A DNA stretch of 53,415 bases, filler included, from Sphacelaria rigidula (GCA_964200075.2; 4 parts of 4 records of this genome joined end to end with filler, not necessarily neighbours in it); one strand, 5' to 3'; shown: positions 24,235-36,889, counted from the first letter of the whole stretch. Notes: a model not told the origin generated them from the sequence alone. Program-made: numbers and translations.

Positions 24235-24780
24235 GGCCGCCGAGAACTAGAGCGAGACATCAACCTCATTCCGGAGAACTGTGAGAGATTCAATGGGAAA
24301 GGCGTTCGCATTTCTGTAGACGCTCATACTGTAGCCCAAACATTTCACCAGCTTTTCAACGAGAAGGAACAGGAGGCCTACGCTATCCCGCCGGCTCCGC
24401 CGGCAACCATGGTGACACCGGCGCTAGAGGCACCGGCACTTGTGCCGACGCTAGCACCGTTGCCGGCTGCCGTGGGCGGGAGCAGTGGCAGCAATGCCGG
24501 CGGTGGCGGAAGGATTGACGGGTGGTCCGGGGTGTTGGCGGGATGGGAGTCAAATGGAGGCATGCTTGGTCAGTCGGCGGTGGGTATGATGGGCGGCGGG
24601 TATGTGGCATGCCCCGCCTGCGGATTGCCACTTGCCGCGGTCCATCAGCAGAACGGGTTGGTGGTGACGTGCACGGGGTGTCACGCGCAGCATCACTCTG
24701 CCTGTGTCGGGGTGGAGAGGGGGGAGACGCCCTGGGTGTGCATGCAGTGCAACCAGCCGAACGTTGGTTACGGGTTCTAG
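24235..24780 (+). CDS. Chromatin protein, last exon: C-terminal part of the bromodomain and a PHD finger
   Basis: CAG acceptor; 'ERDINLIPENCERFNG' keeps the conserved bromodomain Asn; C4-H-C3 pattern 'CPAC...CTGC...HSAC...WVCMQC'; TAG stop at 24778-24780. Confidence 0.9.
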   Translation, partial: GRRELERDINLIPENCERFNGKGVRISVDAHTVAQTFHQLFNEKEQEAYAIPPAPPATMVTPALEAPALVPTLAPLPAAVGGSSGSNAGGGGRIDGWSGVLAGWESNGGMLGQSAVGMMGGGYVACPACGLPLAAVHQQNGLVVTCTGCHAQHHSACVGVERGETPWVCMQCNQPNVGYGF

Positions 24781-25449
24781 AGCAATATACGCCGTAGGTT
24801 GCGGCAGCTGTGGCACGGCGCGGAAGGGGCGGTGGGAAGCCGAGACCTCAGGCGTGTATTTTTATTTATTTCATTTGTGCGGCTAAACAAACGCACGTCG
24901 CTACACACATGCCTCAGCTGCTGCTGCCGCTGCTGGCACCGTTCATGGTTGTCGCTTTCTGATGCAAAGTTGTTTTAATATATAAACGAAGTGCGAAGTA
25001 TGTGTGTGTTATCTTCTGGATGACGAAAAAACAAAGAAATAAAAGAAAAGAAACGAAAATAGGACGTTATTGCAGTGTGATTGAGATCAAATATAAATGG
25101 GTATGGGGCCGGGGGGGGAGTGGGAGGGGGGGGGGGGTTGATGCTTTAGATCGGGTGTGGTGGGTAATGACTATAAAATTGAATTGGGAAGGCGTTTGTT
25201 CGCTTTTGATTTTTTTGCTGCTACAGTATAGATCGGTTTCAAGGGCGGGCGGGGTAGGTCCGTGATTTTTTTTGTTTTCGTTTTTCGCGTTTGTGTGATC
25301 TCGCCGCCCACTTGCGTTTTTATCTCGAGGCATATTTTCTGGAGAATGGTGCCCTCGATGAGAGTCAGAAACTGCGTACGGGTGAGTACAGCCCCCCGCC
25401 CCACACCGAGAGCTGTGTTGCGCGGTAACGTATGTGTGTTTGTGTGTCC

Positions 25450-26180
25450 GGTGGAGTGAAGATTTTCAGGTGGAGGAAATACGAGGAAGTCTTCTCAACT
25501 GATGTTTTGTCGTTGTCGCGTGATGCTTCTCTGCGTAGACGGGAATGGTCAGGGAGGGAAATTGATAGGCTGTGGTTCGAACCGTGGTTCGTGTTCCACT
25601 GCTACCTCCTAACCCCTATCTTGTGATGGGATTGGGACAGGGGGGAGGGGAGGGGTTGGGGAAGGCCGCTCTGCGGTGACACTCTCAAGTGTTTCAGAAA
25701 TTGATTCGCCATTTATTTGGCGTGCGCGGTACCCCGCAGTTACAAACCTGCGGTATGGTTGATATATGCACCAGCAGGAGTAACCGGAGGAGGCGATGGA
25801 TATCTCTCCCATGTATTGTGTGTTTGTTGTATCCATCGTTCCTCTTGGTCGGGGTGTGAGGCGAAGTGAAAATTTTCACGTGGAGAAAACAGGGAGAAAG
25901 AGGGGTGGCACTTCTCCAGTGATGGCTTTTCGCTGTAGCTTTGGACTCTCGGCGCGAGCGGGAGTATTAGTGTTAGAGAGTGGGGAGGGGGGGGGGGGGG
26001 GGGGGGGGCTCCGCGTGTGACACGCAAGTGTTTCAGAATTTCATCTGCCATTTATTCGGCGCGCGTAGTGCCCCGCAGTTGCAACCCTGCAGTATGATAT
26101 ATGCGGCAGGAACGGGAGGTGATGGATTTCTCTCATGTATGTGTGTTTGTTTTATCCATCACTGTTCTCGTTTGGGTCAG
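25450..26180 (+). repeat. Diverged tandem duplication downstream of the gene
   Basis: AGTGAA.ATTTTCA.GTGGAG occurs at ~25454 and ~25865. The block G-run/CAAGTGTTTCAGAA/CCCCGCAGTT/GATGGAT occurs at ~25640-25850 and ~25982-26180. Confidence 0.75.
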
Positions 26181-26659
26181 ATTGTAATACTTGTTGAAAC
26201 AAGCGTGTGGATTATTAAAACGAAGTAATAATATGTCATCATCGACCCCCATAGGTAGAAAAAGTAAAGTGTTTTTTGTTTGTTTGTTTGTTTTCTGGGG
26301 GGGAAAGGGAGCCGAAGAGTCCCTTGGGCAGCACTAGACGAATACGCGGCGGGTTGAGCCCAAGTACGTACACACGAACAGCAGCAACAGTCATTCGATT
26401 TTTTTTTTCTAGTGAAACGAGATGTACATAAGTATAGCGTACAACATTTGCAACTGCTGCTTTTACTGTACTAGTGACGTAGGATTCTTCTAACTGCTGA
26501 TGATGAACTGCAATATTCAATATTCTTCTTCAGGCCTTCTCCTGTGCTAGGTACGTTTTGTGTGTACCCTTGTAACAGTGTATCCTAGAAAATGGGGTCC
26601 ATACAAAATATGGGGTTGAAGAGGCCTGTAGAGCACACGGGTGAACCGCAAAACCGGCT

Positions 26660-26759
26660 NNNNNNNNNNNNNNNNNNNNNNNNNNNNNNNNNNNNNNNNN
26701 NNNTTAATTAATTAANNNNNNNNNNNNNNNNNNNNNNNNNNNNNNNNNNNNNNNNNNNN
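26660..26759. other. Artificial contig-joining spacer
   Basis: 44 N + TTAATTAATTAA + 44 N. Confidence 0.97.
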
Positions 26760-26966
26760 CAGGGGCTCCCAACGACTCTAGATGCACCAAAATATGGGTC
26801 AGGGCATCCCCGTTTGTGACTTCATTCGGGATATCCCCAGCACATTGGAGTAGTAATCCTGGCGTACTTTCACATATGTTCATAAGTCGTGTTTTGCATT
26901 AAATAAAGGGCTTCTAACAATTCTCCTCTCAGAAAGGATTTATGCACCCTTACCGTAGCATCACCC
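26760..26966. mobile_element. Sola2-like MITE copy, left end cut by the contig start
   Basis: Begins with the internal motif CAGGGGCTCC.AACGAC (also at ~42207 and, diverged, ~52498) and ends with the right TIR TGCACCCTTACCGTAGCATCACCC. Confidence 0.7.
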
Positions 26967-27599
26967 TGCTGAAGCTATCGTATCCCCTTGCGGCTGGCGC
27001 TCGATCTCGTTGGATCACCGATTTTCAGATTTCTGACCTCGCGATTTTTGCACCTTTGGATTCCCCCAGGTTGAAGCTCTGCTCGCTGTTGTACCTCCCT
27101 GTTTTTCCCCTTCGTTTCGCTAGGACGCCGAAGCAATTTGTGCTTCTTCGTTGATCGCTGGCACGCAAAAGCAGCTTGTGCTTCCGCGTTTCGGAGCAGT
27201 CTTTCTGCTCCTCGAAGCAGTCTATGCCTCCCTTCTTTTGAGGTGTGGGAGTGGGTACGGGAGTGTTGGGTACGGGAGTGTTTCCTCAGGTATGCTTTAT
27301 TAGTCGCTCATGACATTACGGGTAAAGAAAAACCTTAGTTTTTGCTGCTTCGAGGATAGATCCTCGCAGCTGTAATAAAGGTTCGTCTGGGTGGGTTAGT
27401 GTCATGAGGACGCGTATTAGTCTGTTATCATGCCGCCTCAGACCCCGTCGATGAGTCCGGCTCTGTATTTGCAAGTGGGGTATCCTAAAACCCAAGACTG
27501 CAAGTCTGTTCAGAGTTAGTCAGGTACGATTATGAAATTGTATATGTTAGAGATGGTGACGGCCAGATTTGATATCGTACAAATGTAGCCCTCATCCAT

Positions 27600-30150
27600 T
27601 CCACTACCCACTACCATCTACTGCCCTCTCTCAGCAAGAAGCCTACCACTGGTGAGACTGATATACTGAGTGTGAGATTGGATTGATTGAGTGGATACTG
27701 GAACGTCGAGATCAAGCAATAAGGAAGGAAGATACAACTTACGCGTTAGATACTTGTGACTTGAACACGTCTGTGTGACACGGTGCTTTGTTCTTTGGGT
27801 CTGGCTGTTCAGTTCTGAGGACTGACCCCTTTGCCTCGCCTAGTGATCCTGTGCTTGCCATACCAGCACCGTAACCTCATTACACTGACTTCAAGTGAAC
27901 AGAAATTGACGCAGCACCAGTTCATTTCGTGTCGATATTACACAGACGGTGCAATGTTTCATCACAGTCACGGCTCATCAGATTGATCCCACCGATGTAT
28001 GCAGCACGGGGCAAGCGTCATCCAAGTGTGGTATCCAGCAAAAACGGTAAATAAATCCACGCGGATAGCGTGATGTCTTTATCACAGGTGTCATTTCCTT
28101 TCTTTCGTTGGTGGTGTTCATAACTCAATCATGTGTCAGCTTCGCTTTCCTCTCGTCAAGAGCACTTATTGTGTTAACATGAGGGTTTTCAGATCGATTC
28201 AGTTCCTTTTCGGAACAGAATCCAACTGGATGCAAAAAGGTATGTTTGTAATCGTCGTGAATGGACACGAGCACCCTCCAACCCCTGAATGGGTTACGCG
28301 CCGGTATCCTCAGCCAGCCCTTAGAGCATCGCTGGTCGAATAGCTGACCAATCATCGTACTGACCCTCCACCAGTTGCCGTGATCCATAACAAAATCAAT
28401 GCCATAGTTTTTGCGAGCTCTGCGCAACATTGTCGAGCATTGAGATGTTTTTCGAATGAAATTCTGCATTTTTTCCACTTGTGACGCGTTTTCTAAGAAT
28501 GAATTTCTCTTACTAACATGAACGGATCCATTTCAGTTGGGTGTTATTCTAGTCGCTCTATAACAGCCAATTCTAAATTTTGGGGTCGAACACTGAAATG
28601 GGGTTCAAGCGGCATAACGTTTTTTGGAGGAATGGCGCGAAAAACTTACACCAAGGGAAACCATCTTCCCCCCAAAAAAATCTGCAGCAGCTCTTGAGAG
28701 TCGTCTTACATTGTGTGGAAGGAGTTGAAAAGGTTGAACTGTCTAATTTTACAACCCTTGTCAATTTCGGTGTTGTTACCTTGGTTGTACAGACCACAGC
28801 CAGTAGTACAGCAGAGCAACGAAAGCTAGCTATTACTGGATTTGTCTCACGTACTACCGCCAGCGTTGCTTGAAGGCCACAAGACCTTTGCGGTTGGCGG
28901 TTGGCGGCGGTTGGCGGCGGTTGATGGTGTGGGTCTTCGATCGTATTTTCGTACATCTTACCGAACCCAAAGCGAGCGCTTTCCCTCAGCTGTTTAGAGC
29001 CGTTTTGATATTATCGAATGAGATTAAAGTATCAAAAATGTCCTCCCTTACAAGGCTTGTACAATTCGCAAGCATCGAATTACTTGCCGGCAGCTGCTAC
29101 AACAACGAAAGTCTCCGGGGCTCTTTGACCTACTGCAGACTACGCTGCTTGAAAGCTAACCTCAGGCAAGACCTTTCTGGTCAGCGCTTGACGGTGTGGG
29201 TCACAAATCAAAAGGCAGGTGGTTGATCAAAGAACACCTTCGTTCCTGGTGAAACTATAGCTCGCCTCAGCTTGTGGTGGCCTCCTCACAGGCGAGTTTT
29301 TGAAAGACACACACACAAACACACCCTGCTGAGCACGCAACCGATTGATTGTCCATGAGATGAAGTCATCGATTACATTATGGCAGCCCCAATGTGGGTA
29401 GGTCACGCCAGCAGTACTTTAGTCACCGCCAAGGGGGGGTTTCACTCCGCGTGCCAAGAAGGTCGCCACGAGTGTTTGATTTTCATACAAGTGGGGTTTG
29501 CAAGGCTCTTGTCCTTGTCCCAAACGTCGGGTAAAATCAACGATGGTAATAACACCCCCCAACGAGTGGATCTTGGCGCAACCATCCTTGCTCGCACATA
29601 AGTGTGAGAGAGCAGTAGTGGTGACGGGAACATCGCCCTGCTTCTCGACGACGTGTTCTGCAGCGCACAGAGGCATATTCTGCCAAAAAAGAGCAAGGGT
29701 CGGACGAAATAATTATTATATTGTAAATTACTTGAGTTCAGGGGCATTGATCGTACCGTGCGAATCAATACTTGGACTTTGTTATCAGCGTTGAAACCCA
29801 GGTACGCGAAACCTAGGCACGTGATGGAATGGCGCAATAATCGCGTGGAGATCTTTTTCACCAGCGGTCAACGATTTTCTCTATTTCAAGCAATCAGACC
29901 CCAAAACTCATGGATTTGGTGATTCGAGCCGACAATGATTCTTCCGAAAAGAAAAAGAGGCACAGAGAATCGATCTCGGCATCGGTGAGCGCCACAGACA
30001 AGAAACGATTATACCAGTCAAGATGCGGCAACCCTCCGCATCCCGAGCTTTTGGGGGGACTGTGCAGCAATAAACCGCTTGCCGGCACATGGCAAATTGA
30101 GATGTGCTAGTAACATGATGACAATTTCTCCAGCGATTGGGAATCGCCGT
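27600..30150 (-). pseudogene. Probable decayed hAT-family transposase remnant
   Basis: Minus-strand fragments occur in hAT order: 'APFHHV..VPGF' (~29820), 'LPDVWDK...IKHSW' (~29500), 'NFIRKTSQCSTMLRRA...WWRVSTMIGQL' (TRW.S..M-like, 28125-28478), 'FLHPVGF' and 'DVPVSTQS' (~27700). Many stops; boundaries approximate. Confidence 0.45.
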
Positions 30151-30903
30151 ACTAGGATACGCAAAGGAAACGGGCGTGGGCCTTCCTCTCTACCACAGCT
30201 CCTCCGGTGGTATCGTCGTCGATACAAGTGCACTCTGGTGTACAGGTGTATCGATACACGTGTACACTGGGGTACAGCGCATTCATTGGGTGCGTCTAGC
30301 CACACCCGCTTAACTGCAACAGAAACTCTTTTTGCGCTGATGCTTTCATTTGGTGATCATATTTCGAACAAAATAGTACTGTTGAAGGCGCCTTCGACCC
30401 CATTTGAGAGCCCAACCTCATTATTTCAGGATCATTTGTTACAAGGTGAATTGTCAGTGCGTAGCAGGGCTGGATTCGCCGTCCAAGTCCCTAGTGCGTA
30501 CAGCAGGCCGACGTGGGCAAATTCGGGAACGAATAATCAATGCACGGAGGTGGATTGGAAACGCCACTCACCTCGCTGGCTTGAAGAATAGGGGCGTAAC
30601 AGGGGCAAAGGAGGGGGAAAATCGTGAGTCGTGGCACCATGTCTACCTGAAGACGAACACACCGTTAGAGTGTCGACGACAAGGTGCATAACGCCCAACA
30701 GTTTTGACAATAGCGGGGTGTCTGTCGCAATAGACGGTAACGCTATCTCAAGGGTGGGTTCTGACACAGTGCACACTCGCGGTTTCGCACGTGGCGCATG
30801 CACAAGTTCATCCGGAGAAGCCTGCCGTGGGTGATGTATATAGCGCACCAATGGTTCAGCTTTCCCGCGGCAGCAGTTGGAAACTGGTATCTGACACGTG
30901 AAA

Positions 30904-31150
30904 GACACTTTCTACGATAGCCCCCCCCCGAAACCAGCGAAAAGTGTCACGAAAAATATGACCATACAGCGCCTGATGTTCGGGTTCAGACTGAATGAAG
31001 CGCCTCATATTGGCGACATTGGCTAGGACGAACCCAAGCGTGAAAATTCCCAGCTTCTCATTGTGCTCGGTTTTTGCCATTTCGATTTACGTGAAGATTT
31101 TTCCTCCCAAAACCACGCACTTTTGGGGGGGGGCTATCGTAGAAAGTGTC
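30904..31150. mobile_element. MITE with perfect 26-bp TIRs and an apparent 4-bp TSD
   Basis: GACACTTTCTACGATAG(C)9 at 30904-30929 and its exact reverse complement at 31125-31150, with GAAA on both flanks. Confidence 0.85.
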
Positions 31151-31795
31151 GAAAGTGGTATCTGACAAGTTTCGTACGAGCTGGGCCAGCCAAAAAACGA
31201 ATTTAAGCTCTCAAAGCGATATCTCAACGACACAGACGAATTGGGCCGTGATCCGCATATCGTATTAATCGTCCAGTCAGGGGAAAGTGTTACAAACAGA
31301 ATAGAATAGTGTTGGGGTTCTCGGCATTAGGCGTCGCGACTGGCTTACAGACAGGCGATATGTCTCGTGGTCTCGAGCAAGTATCCAGTTGAGTCATTTC
31401 ATGCACATGCAAATACGTGATGACTAATACACCATGTTGATTATGCCGGACCATGCCTCAAGTACACATCTGTTTGTGCATTGAATTCATTAATTTACTA
31501 TCATGACGACCTTCATCGCATTCGGACGTACCGAGTATGGTTCGGGGATCCGTACTGTATTGTCTCACCGTGTTCAGCGACCAACCCGCAAAAGCATAGC
31601 AAGAAGAAATACGCCCCAACGCAGTACAGTGATCACAACTCCAGAAGCGATTCAGTTTCTCTTTCGTGGTGGTGGTTTTGATAGCCTCATCAATAGATTC
31701 ACATAAGTTCTTCTCTCGTTGTTTGCTCATCGTCAAGAGAGTAAAACCAAGGGTCGCACAGAGTAATGAAACCACTGCGCGCACGGAGACGTGTC

Positions 31796-34700
31796 TGTAA
31801 CCGTTACAACGGACACCACTCCCTCTACTCTAGTTGGAATACCCGTAGGTCACACCAAGTAGCCCTCCGAGCCCATCAGTCGAATAACTGGTCTCATACT
31901 ACCCTCCCACCATTATGCTGCGATCCACAACACCCCCCCTCAGGCCTAGGGTTGAAAAACCCTGGGACTGAACGTGGTTAACGATGGATCGCCGCATCAC
32001 CATGTTCCTCTTCTCCGAGTAATCGGCGTTGCTTCGTATAGCCGTCGATCTTCGAAACCGTTCTGCCGGGTTAGACCGCGTAGGGAATTTCAACACCGTA
32101 CAGAAACGATCCCATTCAGTTCGGAGAAGTCCTTGATCTTGTTGACCGCCCTGCCGGGTTAGACCGCGCAGGGAATATGAACACCGTGCAGAAACGGTCC
32201 CATCCAGTCCGGAGAAGTCCTTGATCTTGTTGACCGCTCTGCCGGGTTAGACCGCGTAGGGAATATGAACACCGTGCAGAAACGATGCCATTCAGTCTCG
32301 AGAAGTCCTTGATCTTGTTGACCGCTCTACCGGGTTAGACCACGTGAGGAATTTAAACACCGTACAGCAACGGTCCCATCCAGTCCGGAGAAGTCCTTGT
32401 TCCTGTTAACCGCTCTGGGCTGTCCGTAAACCGTTTGCGGATCTTGGTACATCGGGGAAGCTACCGTGCAATTGAGCCCCTTTCTGCTCGAGATGGTGTA
32501 TCAGATGGACGTGGCCTGGTCTGCGGTTAATATAATTCCCACAAGGCATGAAACACATCCAACTGTAACTCAGTGAAACTGTCCAAATCCTCTCCTCTGA
32601 AAGCCAGTGTGGCTCAGCTCCGTCGTGAAACAACCGTTGATGTTCTCACACTCACGACGATCCTGCGCCCAGTACTGCTTTCCTATCCATCAGAGTATAT
32701 AGTAAAGGTCTGGACGTGATGTCCTTAGCCAACCCTAAATCTGCCCCCCCAAGCTAGCAAACAGATCTCGCCTGGAAATGAGTGCTGCAGCTACTCTTGG
32801 TGCACATGAATTTTCTTCACGTTGGCCGCGACCACCGTTCGCTCTTGTACTTTACGCACCTGCATTTTGACCTCAAGATTGAGACCTGGTATCACCCCCT
32901 GCTGCACCGTCCCCGGCCCAGTCCACCAGTCGTGTACTAATTTGGCCGGTACATCTTCGTTCAGAAGGGAGCTGTCAGACTCTTTGACTAGCAGCATATC
33001 TTATACCTCTTCCCTACGCCGGTGTTGTTGGGTTAACAGCTCATGAACGACCTTCAATTTTGTCGCTGTTGCTCTACCGTGTTATGCAACGGTAGGGATT
33101 CTGCTTCAGATGACACAGAGTCGACTTGGGTGCGAGGCTCGCGCTTAAAAGCAGCATTAATCGCGGTGGGTTATGCGGCAGTGACTGGTCGGAAGTAGTA
33201 TGATGAATCCATACAGTAGGATGCACATACTCGTCCCACCATTTCAGACACTGCTCACATAGCTCGGCTAAAACGCCACGCAACCACTCTCCGTATCTTT
33301 CCAGGGCGCCCTGATCGAGAGGGTGATCTGCGGGATCATGATCCAGTTTCACCTTCATCCACATGGCATACATGGTTTACTACTTCCGAAGTGAACTCCC
33401 CCCCAGCGTCACTTCAAAGGAAATGAGGCGTTTCGAGCGTCAAGAACAGTTTCAGCAGACCCTTAGCTACGTGCTCAGTAACCTTGGCTGCTAGTGAAAG
33501 AGCAAAGAGAACTCGGTTGCTCGATCCATTACAACCAACAAGTACTTATGACCAGAAGTAGAAATCTGCTTCATGTCCGATATGTCCATCTGCATCATCT
33601 CCCAGACCTGCAAGAAGCGGGCGGGTCGCACCGTTCTGGCGCCACTATTAGTACGTTTGCGTCGGCGACATCCACAAGACAGCACGTATTTTGCGAGTAT
33701 CGGCGAAAAGACCGGGTCACTCATAGCGTGCGTTGACCACTACAGTCGTTTTCATCACTCCGGCGTGCCCATGCGTAGTGTGCATTAACGCGAGCAGACC
33801 AGGCACTAGACTGCGTGGAATAGCCAACTTACCTGGTGCCCAACTTACCTGGCGCCCTAGGTGAGGTATACCACAGAAGATCAGCATTATTTTGGAACGT
33901 ACACTTCCTGCCTCTTACCTGTACCTTCGTCCTTTTTCTCCAACATTAACCTATCCCTGATGGGCTCAAGCCGGGGCCCCCGCTCTTGCAGCAAAACTAG
34001 TCGCGCCTTGTTCATCAGAATCGCTCTCGCCTGCTCGAGAACGGTCTGAGGGCTACCTTTACCTGGTATCCGTGGCTCCTCAGGTGGAGCCTCCCCCCTA
34101 CCAGGGTCTTGGTCTGACTTCCGCTCTGCCTCTTGAACCGACGAACGAGTTACAGCGGCTCCACAAGCCGCTGGTAACCCTGCTTTGTCACGAGGCCACG
34201 TCGTAGCGAGCGTGCTCAAATCGTCATCCTCACCCTGGATATGAGTCAGGCTGAACAAATCTTCCGCTTTCACTTGATAGAACCGCCTTCATCATCCACG
34301 GGTGAACGAATTTTGCCACAATATATGGCACAACGTCGTTACTTACTGGGGTGGTATCTCGTAACAGTCGAGAGTAGTCGCAACTTTCACGAAATCGTTT
34401 CTTTCCAGCTCGATTGTTCCTTCCTATCCACCTGCGTCCTCCCCATGGGGTCTGAATTCCTCGCGCCTTGGTTTCCCTTTCGTCAGCTGAGAACAAAATA
34501 ATCTGGGCATCGAATTCTCGGAAGTGTGAATCGCCTCGCCCTGTCCTGTCGGCACCAGAAAAATAAATACCTGTCCGCCCTAATCGCTTACCCAACGTGG
34601 GGCAGGCAACGATGTACGCTTCCACTCGCTGCTTCCACGCTCGCAGTTGTCCTTCCGTCTCTTCCAATACGGTGCGCCCACCTGCACGGCCGAGACTGAG

Positions 34701-36540
34701 GCCTGCTCAGTGAGACCCCCAGCTCCGCTCAACACGGAGCAATGAGCTCGCTCCCACCAGGAGAGCGCACCATCACAACAGTACTCTCCAAGATCAGCGT
34801 TGTCACTGAGGTCGATGAGAGGAATAACTCGACCAACTCTTTGATTACGCTGGCTGATGCTGACTCTGGCCCGGCCCATTCGATTGGTGTAACCCGACTT
34901 GTATCCCTTACCAACACTTGTGGTTGCACTTCTTCCATCAGGTTGTCGAAAGAACCGCGCCCCGGACTCGTATGTACCAGCCTGACTCCCTTTCCAATCT
35001 GATTTACTCCAACACAACCCAACGTCTCCCAGTCCGCATCAGCTTATCCCTTCTACGAACTCTTTGGCTGCCAAAATACTTCCTCCACCTCCAACTGGAA
35101 AACCCCATTCGCTAAATCAACACTCGTAGAGTACTTGGATTCTGCTAGCCCACTATACATGGTCTATATATCCCTCCAGCTGCCGCTGCATGACTCCAGA
35201 AGTTGATTCAGTCCACGATAATCTTGACATAGTCGTAAACTACGGTCCGTCCTTCTCTCGAACCGTGACGCAGGCGGCTGCCCATGCTAGCGTCGATCGC
35301 ACGTAGCCCGGGACTAGCTTTACTAGCGAAACCTTCTGAGCTTACGTCCTCCTTTGGATGCAGCAGCCACTGCAGCGTAGCATCGTCCTCCCACGCCACT
35401 CTAAGGCTTTTCCACACCTCATTCAATGCTGCCAGGTCGCTCCGATCAGACAACCTCCCCGTCGAGTCGTCACCGAGCGCGCTTGGCTTGACAGCACGGA
35501 AGGGGTCCAAAGTTGCCGAATCTCCTTGGCTGGTGAGGTGGTCGGTGTCAACAGCTCCGAGTTTTGGGGGACTGTTGGATACGAACCGTACTCACGGCGC
35601 CTCCGGCGTAGATCGAAATCTCGATTGCCCTTCATAGATAACGTGCTCTTGTTTCTCCTGAAGAAACTCGCTGCCGAAATAAATCCACACGGTAACCCAT
35701 GGACCACCCGGACCCGTACCTTTATTAACTTATCCTTTGTGTGAAAACGAAAAGGAATGACCGCTGACCCTAGAATCTTCATCAGAGGTATCTTACTGTT
35801 GCTAGGGTTAGCGAACCTCAAAATTCCTGCTGCCTGCCGTTGCAACTTATTTGCTACATTACCAACAACCTCCACCACTGTTTCGATGCATAGCTCCCCC
35901 CCCCTGCCCCGGTGCCCAGTAACACCGTTACTGGTGAGCGGTGGCTACTCTTGCTGTGGTGCCAAACTTCAGCTTGTACCCACAGCTGTGCATCGTTCCT
36001 ACTCGCTTCGGCTAAAACGGCGTTCGAAGGAGGGGTAGCCCCGAACGGGTGAAATATTTGTATGCGTACCCATCGGGTTGGGTGGAACCTAGTCCCTAGA
36101 TTGATGCTACAGAGGCGGCGGCAGTGGCGGCGGCAGCTGAGCACGGAATATGTACACTGCTGGTTATGCCTGGCCTGGGATGAACAGTGTCAACGGAGTG
36201 AAGAAAAACTCAGGAAAGATCGGTTGTGCAAACCGTTGGTCAGGAGCACCAAGCAAATTCATCTGCGGCACCTCAGCGGTGTTTTATTGCAAAGGCGAAA
36301 AAATATTGCTGTTATTGTCCTGGCGCAGAAAAACTGCTGCAGTGGCGGACGCACAAAAGACTGATGCTGCTGAGGAGGTGCGGCAACCTACTGCCGCGTG
36401 GGAGGGTGCGTCAACCTGCTGCTGCATGGGAAGGTGCTTGCACGGGAGGCTGTTGGACGGATCCCGCCGGGTAGAAGGGCTGGGCTCGAGGGTTCAAGGG
36501 GTTTCCACTCCTTTTTCACCGATTTGGGGTTAGCCATGTG
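31796..36540 (-). mobile_element. Ty3/gypsy LTR retrotransposon, decayed and internally deleted
   Basis: The minus strand shows a Pro/Gln-rich gag-like region (~36100-36500), a protease-like region (35423-35878), the RT N-terminus 'LRLCQDYRGLN' and 'KYSTSVDLANG' (~35080-35250), integrase 'HGHAG...CRRRK...MQMD...YLLVVMDRA...GGEF', a chromodomain-like 'HWLSEE...LDVFHALW' (~32550), and a PPT GAGGGGGGG followed by TGTTG at 31932. Outer boundaries are uncertain. Confidence 0.85.
32063..32416. repeat. 88-bp tandem repeat, 4 copies, in the gypsy 3' non-coding region
   Basis: CT(G/A)CCGGGTTAGACC starts at 32063, 32151, 32239 and 32327. Confidence 0.95.
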
Positions 36541-36889
36541 ATAATCGACACGTTAAACCTGCAAGCACGTGCCACAAAGATGTAAAAACACCGGTTGAAA
36601 TACTTATGGATGATTCGTTGCAGTATATTACAATCTCCATGATTCAAGAGTCACGAGGGCGGTGTCTGGAAGAAACATTCTCAGTCATCAACGGCGTGAG
36701 AAACGATGGAACCAGGAACATGGATAGCAGCGCTTCACCAGCATAGCGATCGCGAACAAAAAAAAGGGGGGGGGGGGGGAGGAGAACGAAGGGAACAGCA
36801 ATATAACCGGACAAAACAGGTTTCACGCGTGTGCATTTGGCCAGGGTATGACGTGTCGGGGACAGCCAGGTATAAAATCATGGATCCCC

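Noticed and set aside
26571..26590. TGTAACAGTGTATCC as an inverted copy of the copia LTR end
   Set aside because: Similarity is limited to about 15 nt, and the site matches the dispersed TAACAG...TGGGGT motif better.
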